In this document: one piece after another, positions 38,841-47,492 of the stretch | How the letters are laid out: each line of letters starts with the position of its first letter | How positions within the stretch are numbered: position 1 is the stretch's first letter | Source: Candidatus Sericytochromatia bacterium | Lineage (GTDB): Bacteria > Cyanobacteriota > Sericytochromatia > UBA7694 | Assembly: GCA_963797915.1 (NCBI GenBank) | Contig: CAWCRG010000017.1 | Span: forward strand, 171,074 to 235,073 | Direction of reading: 5' to 3' | DNA length: 64,000 bases | Notes under the pieces: model-generated | Told to the model about the DNA's origin: nothing | The model's database searches: none | Seen by the model: only the letters and a program-made list of their open reading frames with translations | Position numbers and translations under genes: made by a program

Positions 38841-39682
38841 TACGAACCTCTGGCCTGATTAAAACCTATCGCCGCCGCCGTGTAGTTAACAGTGTTAACA
38901 TCCAGGTGGGTCGGGGCGAAGTGGTGGGGCTTCTCGGACCCAACGGTGCGGGTAAAACCACCACTTTTTATATGGTGGTCGGCCTGGTGGTTCCAGAGAA
39001 AGGCGAAGTCTTTCTGGATGAAAAGCGCATTTCTAAATTACCCATGCACAAACGCGCCCGTCTGGGGATTAGTTATCTTCCGCAAGAGGCTTCGGTATTT
39101 CGTAAGCTGAGTGTCGAAGATAATATTCGCGCGGTCTGGCAATTGCTGGGTGTGCCCCGTAAAGAGCAAAAAACCCGCCTGGACGACCTCTTAGATGAGT
39201 TTCGTTTGAACCATGTGCGTAAGTCTCGGGGCGATCAATTGTCAGGGGGCGAGCGCCGACGGGTGGAGATTGCGCGTGCGGTGGCCACCAACCCTGAGTA
39301 TTTATTGCTGGATGAACCCTTCAGCGGGATTGATCCCATCGCCGTGGCGGGGATTAAAGAGATGATTGTGCATTTACAAAAACGTGGGATAGGCATTTTA
39401 ATTACCGACCATAATGTGCAAGAAACCCTCGGAATCACCGACTGGGCCTATATCATGACCCGTGGTAATGTGATTGTAAGCGCGCCCTCTGAGGCGGTTG
39501 CTGAAAATGAGCTCGCCCGCCGCTATTACCTGGGGCGCGACTTTCGCTTTCAGCGTTATCACTCAAAAATGAATTACCCTTATGAGCCTGAGTTTATTCA
39601 GGAACGGCACGATGAGAGCGTGATCAATCTTGATCAAATTAATTTCGAAGAATTTGACACCGAAAACAACGCGGCGCGATAG
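38837..39682 (+). CDS. lptB: LPS export ABC transporter ATP-binding protein LptB (with ~40-aa C-terminal extension)
   Basis: The LptB-like N-terminus ([46 protein letters not shown]), the [14 protein letters not shown] signature and YLLLDEPF. The ATGA overlap with the upstream ATPase gene suggests coupling. Confidence 0.75.
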   Translation: MIRTSGLIKTYRRRRVVNSVNIQVGRGEVVGLLGPNGAGKTTTFYMVVGLVVPEKGEVFLDEKRISKLPMHKRARLGISYLPQEASVFRKLSVEDNIRAVWQLLGVPRKEQKTRLDDLLDEFRLNHVRKSRGDQLSGGERRRVEIARAVATNPEYLLLDEPFSGIDPIAVAGIKEMIVHLQKRGIGILITDHNVQETLGITDWAYIMTRGNVIVSAPSEAVAENELARRYYLGRDFRFQRYHSKMNYPYEPEFIQERHDESVINLDQINFEEFDTENNAAR

Positions 39683-39686
39683 CGGC

Positions 39687-40979
39687 TTACGTTCCGCTTT
39701 CCCAACTCAGTTGATAATCTTCTTGTTCCTGCGTCCGTGTGCCCAATTCAATACCCATGGCCTGCAATTTAAGTAAAGCCACGCGCTCGTCGATATCCTG
39801 AGGGACAGGGTAGACCCGTTGCCCGAGGCTGCGATGGAAGCGCGCCAGGTGAAGAATGGTGAGCAGTTGGTTGGCAAAACTCATGTCCATCACGGCTGCC
39901 GGATGTCCTTCACCACAGGTCAGGTTCACCAGGCGTCCTTCTGCCAGCAATAAAAGATGCTTATCGGCGGCCATTTCATAACGCCATAGATAAGGGCGCA
40001 TTTCTTCTTTTTGTCGGGCCAGGGCTTCGAGGGCGAGCACTTCGATTTCGGAGTTAAAATGCCCGGCATTACACAAGATGGCTCCAGACTTCATGACATC
40101 AAAGTGTTCAGCACGGATGACGTTGATATCTCCGGTGGCGGTAATGAAAATTTCTCCAAAGGTGGCCGCGCGTTCCATGGGAGTGACCAGGAAGCCATCC
40201 ATGGCTGCTTCCAGAGCTTGCATGGGGTTAATTTCTACAATGGTTACGATGGCACCTAAGCCGCGTGCACGGGCTGCAATACCTTTACCACACCACCCAT
40301 AACCAGCGATGACGATATTTTTACCGGCCATTAAAGCGTTGGTGGAGCGCATAATCGCGTCTAAAGTGGACTGACCGGTGCCATAGCGATTATCAAAGAG
40401 GTATTTGCTTTTGGCGTTGCTAACGGCAATCACGGGGAATTTTAAAAGTCCGCTTCGTGCCATGCTGTTGAGTCGTGCAATACCGGTGGTGGTTTCTTCG
40501 GTGGCGCCAATGACCTCAGGTAAAAGATCTTTTCGCTGTTTGTGCATTTCGGTAATGAGGTCTCCCCCGTTATCCAGCAGAAGGTGAGGGGTGGTGTCTA
40601 AGACGGCGTCAATGTGCTTATAGTAAGTGGCGTTATCTTCTCCCCGTCGGGCAAAGACTTGAATGTTTTCGGTCACCAGGGCGGCGGCGACTTCGTCCTG
40701 TGTGCTTAAGGGGTTGCAAGCGCATAGCGCGACTTCGGCACCTGCGGCTTTGAGCACCTGCGCCAGGCGGGCCGTCTCAGAGGTAATATGAAGGCTCGCA
40801 CCCACCCGTAAACCTTTGAGCGGGAGCTCCTGGCTCACTTGTTCTTGAATCTGACGAAGAACAGGCATTTGCTGCTGTGCCCAGGCTATTTTTTTATGGC
40901 CAATGGGTGCGGTGTCAAGGTTTTGGATATCTGATGCGTTCACAGTGCGATTACTCCCTGATGGTGTTGAGCTTATCAT
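39687..40979 (-). CDS. ahcY: adenosylhomocysteinase
   Basis: A short-type SAH hydrolase with the NAD-binding GYGWCGKGIAARARGLGA motif and conserved substrate-domain blocks. Confidence 0.9.
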   Translation of the reverse strand: MISSTPSGSNRTVNASDIQNLDTAPIGHKKIAWAQQQMPVLRQIQEQVSQELPLKGLRVGASLHITSETARLAQVLKAAGAEVALCACNPLSTQDEVAAALVTENIQVFARRGEDNATYYKHIDAVLDTTPHLLLDNGGDLITEMHKQRKDLLPEVIGATEETTTGIARLNSMARSGLLKFPVIAVSNAKSKYLFDNRYGTGQSTLDAIMRSTNALMAGKNIVIAGYGWCGKGIAARARGLGAIVTIVEINPMQALEAAMDGFLVTPMERAATFGEIFITATGDINVIRAEHFDVMKSGAILCNAGHFNSEIEVLALEALARQKEEMRPYLWRYEMAADKHLLLLAEGRLVNLTCGEGHPAAVMDMSFANQLLTILHLARFHRSLGQRVYPVPQDIDERVALLKLQAMGIELGTRTQEQEDYQLSWESGT

Positions 40980-41055
40980 AGCAAAAAAAGGGCTTTAAGG
41001 CGCTGTTGAGCGTATTTCTTTTTCTCTTTCTTTTGTGCTTGAGAAGCGTCTTTAC

Positions 41056-41091
41056 GAAAAAAGACCATCTGCATGCAGATGGTCTTTTTAT
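41056..41091 (-). terminator. rho-independent terminator after the tRNA-Glu/Lys pair (perfect 11-bp stem)
   Basis: AGACCATCTGC-at-GCAGATGGTCT is flanked by an A-run on one side and a T-run on the other, so it has a bidirectional look. Confidence 0.6.
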
Positions 41092-41094
41092 AGG

Positions 41095-41167
41095 TACCCC
41101 GTAGGGGAGTCGAACCCCTGTCGCCGCCGTGAAAGGGCGGTGTCCTAGGCCACTAGACGAACGGGGC
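41095..41167 (-). tRNA. tRNA-Glu (anticodon UUC)
   Basis: Reverse complement GCCCCGTTCGTCTAGTGGCCTAGGACACCGCCCTTTCACGGCGGCGACAGGGGTTCGACTCCCCTACGGGGTA. Anticodon loop CTTTCAC. Confidence 0.8.
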
Positions 41168-41170
41168 AAA

Positions 41171-41246
41171 TGGTGAGCCGTCCGAGACTCGAACTCGGGA
41201 CCGTCTGATTAAAAGTCAGATGCTCTACCAACTGAGCTAACGGCTC
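41171..41246 (-). tRNA. tRNA-Lys (anticodon UUU)
   Basis: Reverse complement GAGCCGTTAGCTCAGTTGGTAGAGCATCTGACTTTTAATCAGACGGTCCCGAGTTCGAGTCTCGGACGGCTCACCA. CCA is encoded. Confidence 0.85.
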
Positions 41247-41368
41247 TCACTTGTTAAAACAGACGATTCAAATCGCGTGCTTCAGACACTCCTTAGTATA
41301 GCTTAGCCGCGGTGGAGTGGCAACATAATAGAGACGCATTTTTCTTGTTTTTCTTGATAAAAAAGCTT

Positions 41369-41875
41369 TCACAGGTAAACTTGCCTTATCCATTGCTTTA
41401 CCTGTCCTTGATTTGGCGACGCGTTTTTGTCTAAATACAGAGAAAAATGTTTTAAATCAGCAGAATTAGACAGCGCGCTTAATTCTGATGTAGAAGCTCT
41501 TGCCGCAAAAGAGACTTCGAAAAAATAAAAAGGGATATTTAAGTAACGGGCCAGATAAGCGCAAAAAAAGCGATCGGTGAGGTGGGGCGTTAAGGATTTT
41601 GCTTGTTGCTTTTGTTTACCCGTGGATGTGCCCAAACAAAAATAATGGATACTTAAGGGGTGCAGTCGCCCCAGGCGATCAAAGAGATACATGGTATCTT
41701 CAAGAGAAAAAGGCAGGCTGTGTCCGTAGGTTCCCATGGGAATAGATGTGGATACCTTTTGAAATGTCTGCGGCCACTGCCGGGGGTTCGCTATAATATA
41801 ACGTCCGGCCAAATGTTCTGCTTGCATGGCCAGCAGCCAATGATACGCCAGTGACCGGAGTTTTTTTTCTGCCAA
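41369..41875 (-). CDS. hypothetical protein (TTG start in track; frame stays open upstream to 41948 without ATG)
   Basis: An ORF of 168 aa or more with an N-terminal ...HEGKRDILEDHSTFGHEHLV.... I have no confident family. Confidence 0.3.
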   Translation of the reverse strand: MAEKKLRSLAYHWLLAMQAEHLAGRYIIANPRQWPQTFQKVSTSIPMGTYGHSLPFSLEDTMYLFDRLGRLHPLSIHYFCLGTSTGKQKQQAKSLTPHLTDRFFCAYLARYLNIPFYFFEVSFAARASTSELSALSNSADLKHFSLYLDKNASPNQGQVKQWIRQVYL

Positions 41876-42052
41876 AACAAGATGTTCATGACCGAATGTG
41901 GAATGATCTTCTAAGATGTCCCGTTTCCCTTCGTGATGTACCTGTGCTAAAATAAGGTTGCGTTAGTCCGCCCTAAATCCTCGTTTAACTTTTAAAGACC
42001 GAACTTTAAATTACGCAAACTAACAAAAGACATTATAGAGGTTATTACACCA

Positions 42053-42319
42053 ATGGCTAATTATAAATCCGCCAAAAAACGTATCCAGGTTGCTGAGCGC
42101 AATCGTCAGCGCAATATGCTGGTTAAATCTCGCGTGCGTACCGCCGTGAAGAAAACCATCCGCGCTATCGAAGAAGGTGGCGAAAATGTTGACGATTTAA
42201 CGAAATTGGCGATTAGCCAACTAGATAAAGCCCAGTCAAAAGGTGTTTTGCATAAAAACACCGTCGCCCGTCACAAAAGCCGTTTAATGGCAAAAGTGAA
42301 CGCCGTCGCAGCCAGCTAA
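42053..42319 (+). CDS. rpsT: 30S ribosomal protein S20
   Basis: MANYKSAKKRIQVAERNRQRN...HKNTVARHKSRL is the canonical S20 sequence pattern. Confidence 0.9.
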   Translation: MANYKSAKKRIQVAERNRQRNMLVKSRVRTAVKKTIRAIEEGGENVDDLTKLAISQLDKAQSKGVLHKNTVARHKSRLMAKVNAVAAS

Positions 42320-42334
42320 GATACATGTTATTTA

Positions 42335-42371
42335 AAAAAGCCCTTCAGGTACTTGCCTGAAGGGCTTTTTG
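42335..42371. terminator. bidirectional rho-independent terminator (rpsT on one side, GH57 gene on the other)
   Basis: The hairpin AAAAAAGCCCTTCAGG-tacttg-CCTGAAGGGCTTTTT sits between convergent genes. Confidence 0.65.
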
Positions 42372-42408
42372 CTGTAAGCCGTTCAACTTAACGACTGCTT
42401 ATGACAAG

Positions 42409-44069
42409 CTAATAGCCTTCTTGCGAAGCCTGCATGGTGCTCAATCCGTGGGCGCTGCCTTCATGGGCTTCAAGGGGACAGTGTAGTACATCCGGCACTT
42501 CAAGTTCTAACACCTCGTAGACGCCCTTGAGATAGGTGCGAAAGGCCAGGTCAAAATGGGCATCGTGGCGGCTGCTGTGGCCCACACCAAACCACCAGAA
42601 CCAATCACTGCCCTCGGCGGTATAGAGCATTTCCCAGGCATCGGCTTTGTCTGCTTCGCTCAGCGCGTCCTGATGGGCCAATAACGCATTGCGCGTGTCG
42701 ATCAATAAATCCCAGGCTTTGTTTTTGGTGGGCTCGCCAATCCAGGTGCTAAAATCTGAATTAATCCACGAGCCGGGATGTAGTTTTTCGAGCGTGTCAG
42801 TGGGAGGGTGCTGCTCCAGGTAGTCACTCACCGTGGTGCTGTTGATGTTGTCATCGTCATTGAGCAACTGGTAAAGGGTTTCTAAAAATATTTTGCCATC
42901 TTGTTGATAATATTCCCAGCAATTTTCGCCATCGAGGGCAATGGTCATAAGATAGGGAAAGTCAGAAATACTTTGCAAACGCTGCTGGATTTTTTTGATT
43001 TCCTGGTAGAACGCGTGGGCCTGGGTCACATTGTCACCTTTCCAGGCGTTGAAACCGAGCCAGTCTGAGAGATAAATATCGCGAAAAACAACCGTTAATT
43101 CTCGTTCTCCCGCTGTCAGGATATAAGGACGATAGAGTTGATCTGCGTAAGGGTGAACTCCATGCTCTCTCTGGCCCCAAACCCCTAAGGTATGCCAGAG
43201 GATGCCCTCGCTGCTGGCGATCCATTGAAAATCTTCATTGGCAACGGTGGCCAATAGGTCTTCGCTCATCGACTGCTCTGAGGGCCACAAGCCTTTGGGG
43301 AGTGCACCAAAGGTTTTCTGGTGATACGTTCGTGCGCGTTGTAAGTGAAGCTTTGCGTCATCGGGGGCTTGCATGCGCTGTTGGGGGATGCTGGACTCCG
43401 GGCGGCTGTGTCGGGCATTTTGGGTGTCCTGCAACAGGGGGAGAATGGGGTGGTAATAAGGAGTAGTGGTCAGTTCAATTTGCCCCGAAGCCAGTGCTTT
43501 ACGATAGGCGGGCAGGGTTTCTTGAATAATCTTGCGTTGCTCTTGAATCACCTGTGTGCGTTCTGCTTCGGTAAACTGGGCTCCTTTTTGGATTATTTCT
43601 TGTAAAATCGGCCGCTGTTGATGGATCGGATCGATCCAGGCCAGGTTAAACCAGGTGGTGAGATCCAAAAGTCTTGCGCGCTATAGCTGTGGGGGGCTTG
43701 CTCCCGTTGGGTGGCCAGTGCTTTATAACGCGGGTAGGGAAAGAGCATTTGTTCCCAGTTGAGATCGAAAAATGACTCTAAAATAGCGTGTTTATCTTCT
43801 TGTGTCAGCTGCTGTACCGGCTTTTGACTCAGGAGCAGATAATCATCGGTGGCATGACCTGCAGCGTAATCTTCGAGCTGCTCGAGTAAAGAGGGAACGA
43901 AGTTGAAGGTGTGTTTTAAGCGGGGATACTGCTGCAAAATGAGCAGCATGTCCAGGTAGTCTTTGGTGCCGTGCAGGCGCACCCAGGGCATCATATAGTG
44001 GTGAGTATGGGGTTTGCGATACATAGGCTGATGCATGTGCCAAATAAACGCGAGATGAAGTTGGGTCAT
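42409..44069 (-). pseudogene. glycoside hydrolase family 57 (alpha-glucan-active) gene split into two frames overlapping at 43593-43668
   Basis: The 5' frame has the GH57 N-terminal pattern (LHLAFIWHMHQP...RLHGTKDYLDMLL). The 3' frame has ELTTTPYYHPILPLL and the catalytic-domain continuation. The N-terminal extension in the track ORF is trimmed to MTQLHLAF (ATG 44069). Confidence 0.55.
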
Positions 44070-44154
44070 TGAAGCCTCTTTTCCTTGCATTCCTCTGATA
44101 TAGAGACCCGAGTGTATGCTATGCTTTGAGGGAAGTTTACGGGATAAATAGCAT

Positions 44155-45906
44155 ATGTCAAAGCCTAAGTTTGTGTCAAAGCAAGAAAAAAAAATGCAAA
44201 AAGCGTTTCGTATTTTAATCGCTACACTCCTTGTGTGTGGCGCTCTTTCTGTAGGAAGTATTGTGGGCGTGATGGCCCAGACCTTTAACTTCTCTGGAGA
44301 TACCCGCCTGTCGATGAATCCCTTTACCCTGGACAATCCCCGCACCGGTGGTAACGGCGCAAACTCAGGACAAGCTCTGGATCCCATGGCTTTAATTCAA
44401 AGTATGTTTTCCAGCACCCGGCGCTTAGACCGGCGTTTAAATATTTTGATCCTGGGCAGTGACTATAACTATAGTTACGGTAAGCGCGTCGATGACAAAG
44501 TCGCCGGCGTGCGCAGTCGTACCGATACCATTATGGTGGCCAGCTTAGACCCTTCTACCCAGGAAGTGAATATTCTTTCCATTCCTCGTGACACCCGCAC
44601 CCTGCTCACCGGTCATCATTACGATAAAATTAATGCGGCCATGACCTATGGCGGTGTCGATCTCGTCAAAAGCACTGTTTCCGACCTGGTGGGCATTCCG
44701 ATTGATTATTATATGGCGCTTAAAGTCGACGGTCTGGTCAACACCATTGATATTCTTGGCGGTATTCGCATCTATGTCGAAAAAGATATGTATTATGTGG
44801 ACGAAACCGCTCATTTGGGGATTAACATCCACAAAGGGTGGAAAGAGCGCATGAATGGTGAGCAGGCACACCAGTATATCCGTTTTCGCAAAGATGAATT
44901 GGGAGACATTGGTCGCGTACAACGCCAACAAAAGTTTATTCGCGCCGCCCTTGATAAACTCTTACAGCCTCAAACCCTGTTAAAACTTCCTACGCTTTTG
45001 AAGCATCTCAATGAAAATATTGAAACAGACTTGCCCAGCGATGTGATTTTGCAATTGGCCAATTTTGGCCGCAGTATTGAGCGGGATAAAGTGCGCATGG
45101 TCATGCTGCCCGGTACTTTCGCCAATATTAGCGGTATCAGTTACTGGGAGCCGAACCCTTACGAGCTCCGCAAAATCATCAATCAAATGTTCCCCGACTC
45201 TACTTTTGCCACTCTGCCCGATCCCAATCCCACCGAAAATACGGATGGCTCAGTGCCTGAGCAGAGCAATCGCCAGTATCGGGTGGCCATCTGGAACGCC
45301 ACCAAAGATCTGCCCACCGTGCGGGAAGTGTCTCGCCGTTTACAAGAAGCGGGTTACACCGTGGTGAGTGTGCGCCGTGCACCCCACGATACCCCAGTGA
45401 CCAAACTGATTGCGCAAAATGGTGAAACCAAAGTATTGTCTCAAATTCAGCAAGAACTGGGCTTTAAGGGTGAGTTTGTGAATGCCAGTGTGGGCGAATT
45501 AAGCACTGACTTTACCGTGCTCATTGGCCCCGATCTCGTTAAGCATTATAAAAGTGTGCTCAGCGAAGAGGATTGGCAGCGCGCCGCCAAACAGCGCGTG
45601 TCTAACGGCGCGATTATGCAAGATAGCGCTCGTCGTCAGCAACAACGCTACGTCAAGCCGTCTCGCACGGCTGTACGTGCTCCCAGTCGGGTGCAAACGC
45701 CATCCCAAAAGCCGTCTGCAGTGGCGACGGGTGTTCAAAAGCGTAATCTGGCCCGTGATGTGGATGAAATGGGTATCGAGCCGACGCTGCCCAAGTCGGC
45801 CCGTGCGGGTAAGCTAGAACGCACCCAGACGGCTTCTACGCCAATTCCAATCCCTGTGCCCGCTCAGGACACAGCTCCCAATACGGTTGACCCACTGTTT
45901 GATTAA
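44155..45906 (+). CDS. LytR-CpsA-Psr (LCP) family protein with C-terminal LytR_C domain and Pro/Ser/Thr-rich tail
   Basis: An N-terminal TM helix. The LCP core (LNILILGSDYN...VRSRTDTIMVASLDP...ILSIPRDTR...YDKINAAMTYGG). A LytR_C-like segment from about aa 380. Confidence 0.8.
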   Translation: MSKPKFVSKQEKKMQKAFRILIATLLVCGALSVGSIVGVMAQTFNFSGDTRLSMNPFTLDNPRTGGNGANSGQALDPMALIQSMFSSTRRLDRRLNILILGSDYNYSYGKRVDDKVAGVRSRTDTIMVASLDPSTQEVNILSIPRDTRTLLTGHHYDKINAAMTYGGVDLVKSTVSDLVGIPIDYYMALKVDGLVNTIDILGGIRIYVEKDMYYVDETAHLGINIHKGWKERMNGEQAHQYIRFRKDELGDIGRVQRQQKFIRAALDKLLQPQTLLKLPTLLKHLNENIETDLPSDVILQLANFGRSIERDKVRMVMLPGTFANISGISYWEPNPYELRKIINQMFPDSTFATLPDPNPTENTDGSVPEQSNRQYRVAIWNATKDLPTVREVSRRLQEAGYTVVSVRRAPHDTPVTKLIAQNGETKVLSQIQQELGFKGEFVNASVGELSTDFTVLIGPDLVKHYKSVLSEEDWQRAAKQRVSNGAIMQDSARRQQQRYVKPSRTAVRAPSRVQTPSQKPSAVATGVQKRNLARDVDEMGIEPTLPKSARAGKLERTQTASTPIPIPVPAQDTAPNTVDPLFD

Positions 45907-45934
45907 GTTTTACGAAGCAATACTTTAAACGGTC

Positions 45935-46189
45935 TTAACGCTCGTCCCAGTATCTTTTAAGCCCCTTTAGGCAGGTGCGCATGACTTCGGGTGATAAATC
46001 AGACGCGTAAAGCTGTTCAAAGCGTTTGGCTTGTCTTTCACTGAGGGTGCTTTCAGGCATTTCACGCTGTAATCGCCAGTCCATAATCTTGAACCCATCT
46101 TCGATCATCTTCATTCCCAATTGGAACCGCTGTTGCGGGGTCATCTGTTGAAAGATTTGCGCTTGAATCTTGTCGATAGTCTCAGACAT
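45935..46189 (-). CDS. small hypothetical protein translationally coupled to the upstream nucleotidyltransferase
   Basis: The internal Met (MSETIDKIQ...) is chosen as start. This gives a short overlap with the stop of the upstream gene. Confidence 0.3.
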   Translation of the reverse strand: MSETIDKIQAQIFQQMTPQQRFQLGMKMIEDGFKIMDWRLQREMPESTLSERQAKRFEQLYASDLSPEVMRTCLKGLKRYWDER

Positions 46190-46718
46190 AGTCCAAATAA
46201 CCAAAGGTTTTGATTTTGAGGCGTCTGGCCCAGTCCTGTAGGTAGTTGCGATCAATGGAATCTAGTGCCAATAATTGTTGAATATCTAAGCGCTGTCGTT
46301 CGCTATCCAGCTCTTGAATCCAGATCAGTTTTGAAAGAATCAGATCCTCAGGTTTTACCAGATAAGCAGAAAATCCTAAGGCCTCGGTTCTAACCCGTCT
46401 TTGGAACTCCATTTGGCGATAGGGAGTTTGTTTTAAGACAATAAAGTCAAGCTTAAAACCGCTGGTATAGTCGATCACATTAAACATATTGTGATCGCGT
46501 ACGGCCTCCTGGGCAGCCTGTTTACTGATATAAAAAGAATCTTCCGGGAAGCAGTCTAAAAAACGGCTGAGATTACTCTTCTGGAGGGCAATGACAATAT
46601 CTATGTCTCGGGTCATGCGCGGTGTGGTGTAGATATTCAGAGCGAGGCTGCCCGATAGCATGTAATCAATCTGGGTTTCTTCTAAAAGGGAGCAGATGCG
46701 CTTTAATAGATCGAGCAT
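46182..46718 (-). CDS. nucleotidyltransferase-fold protein (minimal NTase / AbiEii-like)
   Basis: YMLSGSLALNIYTTPRMTRDIDIVI fits the Pol-beta NTase GS...[DE]hDh signature. Confidence 0.5.
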   Translation of the reverse strand: MLDLLKRICSLLEETQIDYMLSGSLALNIYTTPRMTRDIDIVIALQKSNLSRFLDCFPEDSFYISKQAAQEAVRDHNMFNVIDYTSGFKLDFIVLKQTPYRQMEFQRRVRTEALGFSAYLVKPEDLILSKLIWIQELDSERQRLDIQQLLALDSIDRNYLQDWARRLKIKTFGYLDYV

Positions 46719-46721
46719 GGC

Positions 46722-47480
46722 TTACAAGCGCGTGTTTTTGACCGGTGTGCGAGCCACATGCCATAAGCTCAGGGCCAGCAGAAAAAATGAAGTACAGGCA
46801 ATGGCGCTGCCCCAGATCCAGTAGGGCAAGAGCAGAGCTTCGGCAATGTGACCCGTATCTGATAACATTTGTTTGCCACCCACATTCGCGCTTTCCATAA
46901 ACAAATAATCCAGTTGGCGGTAGGTGCTAATACAGGCCTGTACGCCCAGAAACTGAATGACGACCTGTTGTAGCCACATCGGCCCTTTACCCGCAATAGC
47001 CAGCAGGCTGAGGCCCATCAGGGGTAATATTACCCAGCCAAAGGCGGTACGCACCCAAATGACCGTGGACACCAGCAAGACCAGCCCCAAAATGCTTAGT
47101 AAAACCTGGCTGCGTTTGGCAGAGGTGCTGTTAAGAATAAAAATAGAGCCCGCAATGGGCGGGCCTAAAAGCCCACCGGCGGCCACCAGGGCACCGCTGA
47201 GCGCGCCGCCTGCCGTGTGGTAAGCCACACCGGAACCGTTCGGGAAAATCAGCAATTGTCGAAATTCTTGCCCCAGCACTAACGCCGTAAGGCCATGGCC
47301 CATTTCATGAAACCAGGTGGCCAAAATACTAAAGGGGTAGAGCAGATAGTCGCCAAAGGGAATTTGCCAGATAAAAACGGTGAGTAGAGCAACGGTCAAT
47401 AACCAGGCGATATTGCGAAAGCCGCGCCGCTCGGGCACATACTCTTCTTTTAAAGCCTTTTGATAATCCAGATCACGCAT
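46722..47480 (-). CDS. M50-family (site-2 protease-like) intramembrane metalloprotease
   Basis: HEMGH (HExxH) lies within a TM helix. The protein is polytopic, consistent with the M50B architecture. Confidence 0.6.
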   Translation of the reverse strand: MRDLDYQKALKEEYVPERRGFRNIAWLLTVALLTVFIWQIPFGDYLLYPFSILATWFHEMGHGLTALVLGQEFRQLLIFPNGSGVAYHTAGGALSGALVAAGGLLGPPIAGSIFILNSTSAKRSQVLLSILGLVLLVSTVIWVRTAFGWVILPLMGLSLLAIAGKGPMWLQQVVIQFLGVQACISTYRQLDYLFMESANVGGKQMLSDTGHIAEALLLPYWIWGSAIACTSFFLLALSLWHVARTPVKNTRL

Positions 47481-47492
47481 GGTGTAGCTCCC

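Noticed and set aside
44070-44387. 106-aa N-terminal extension of the GH57 ORF
   Set aside because: The GH57 consensus begins at MTQLHLAFIWHMHQP. The extension overlaps the divergent LCP gene promoter and start.
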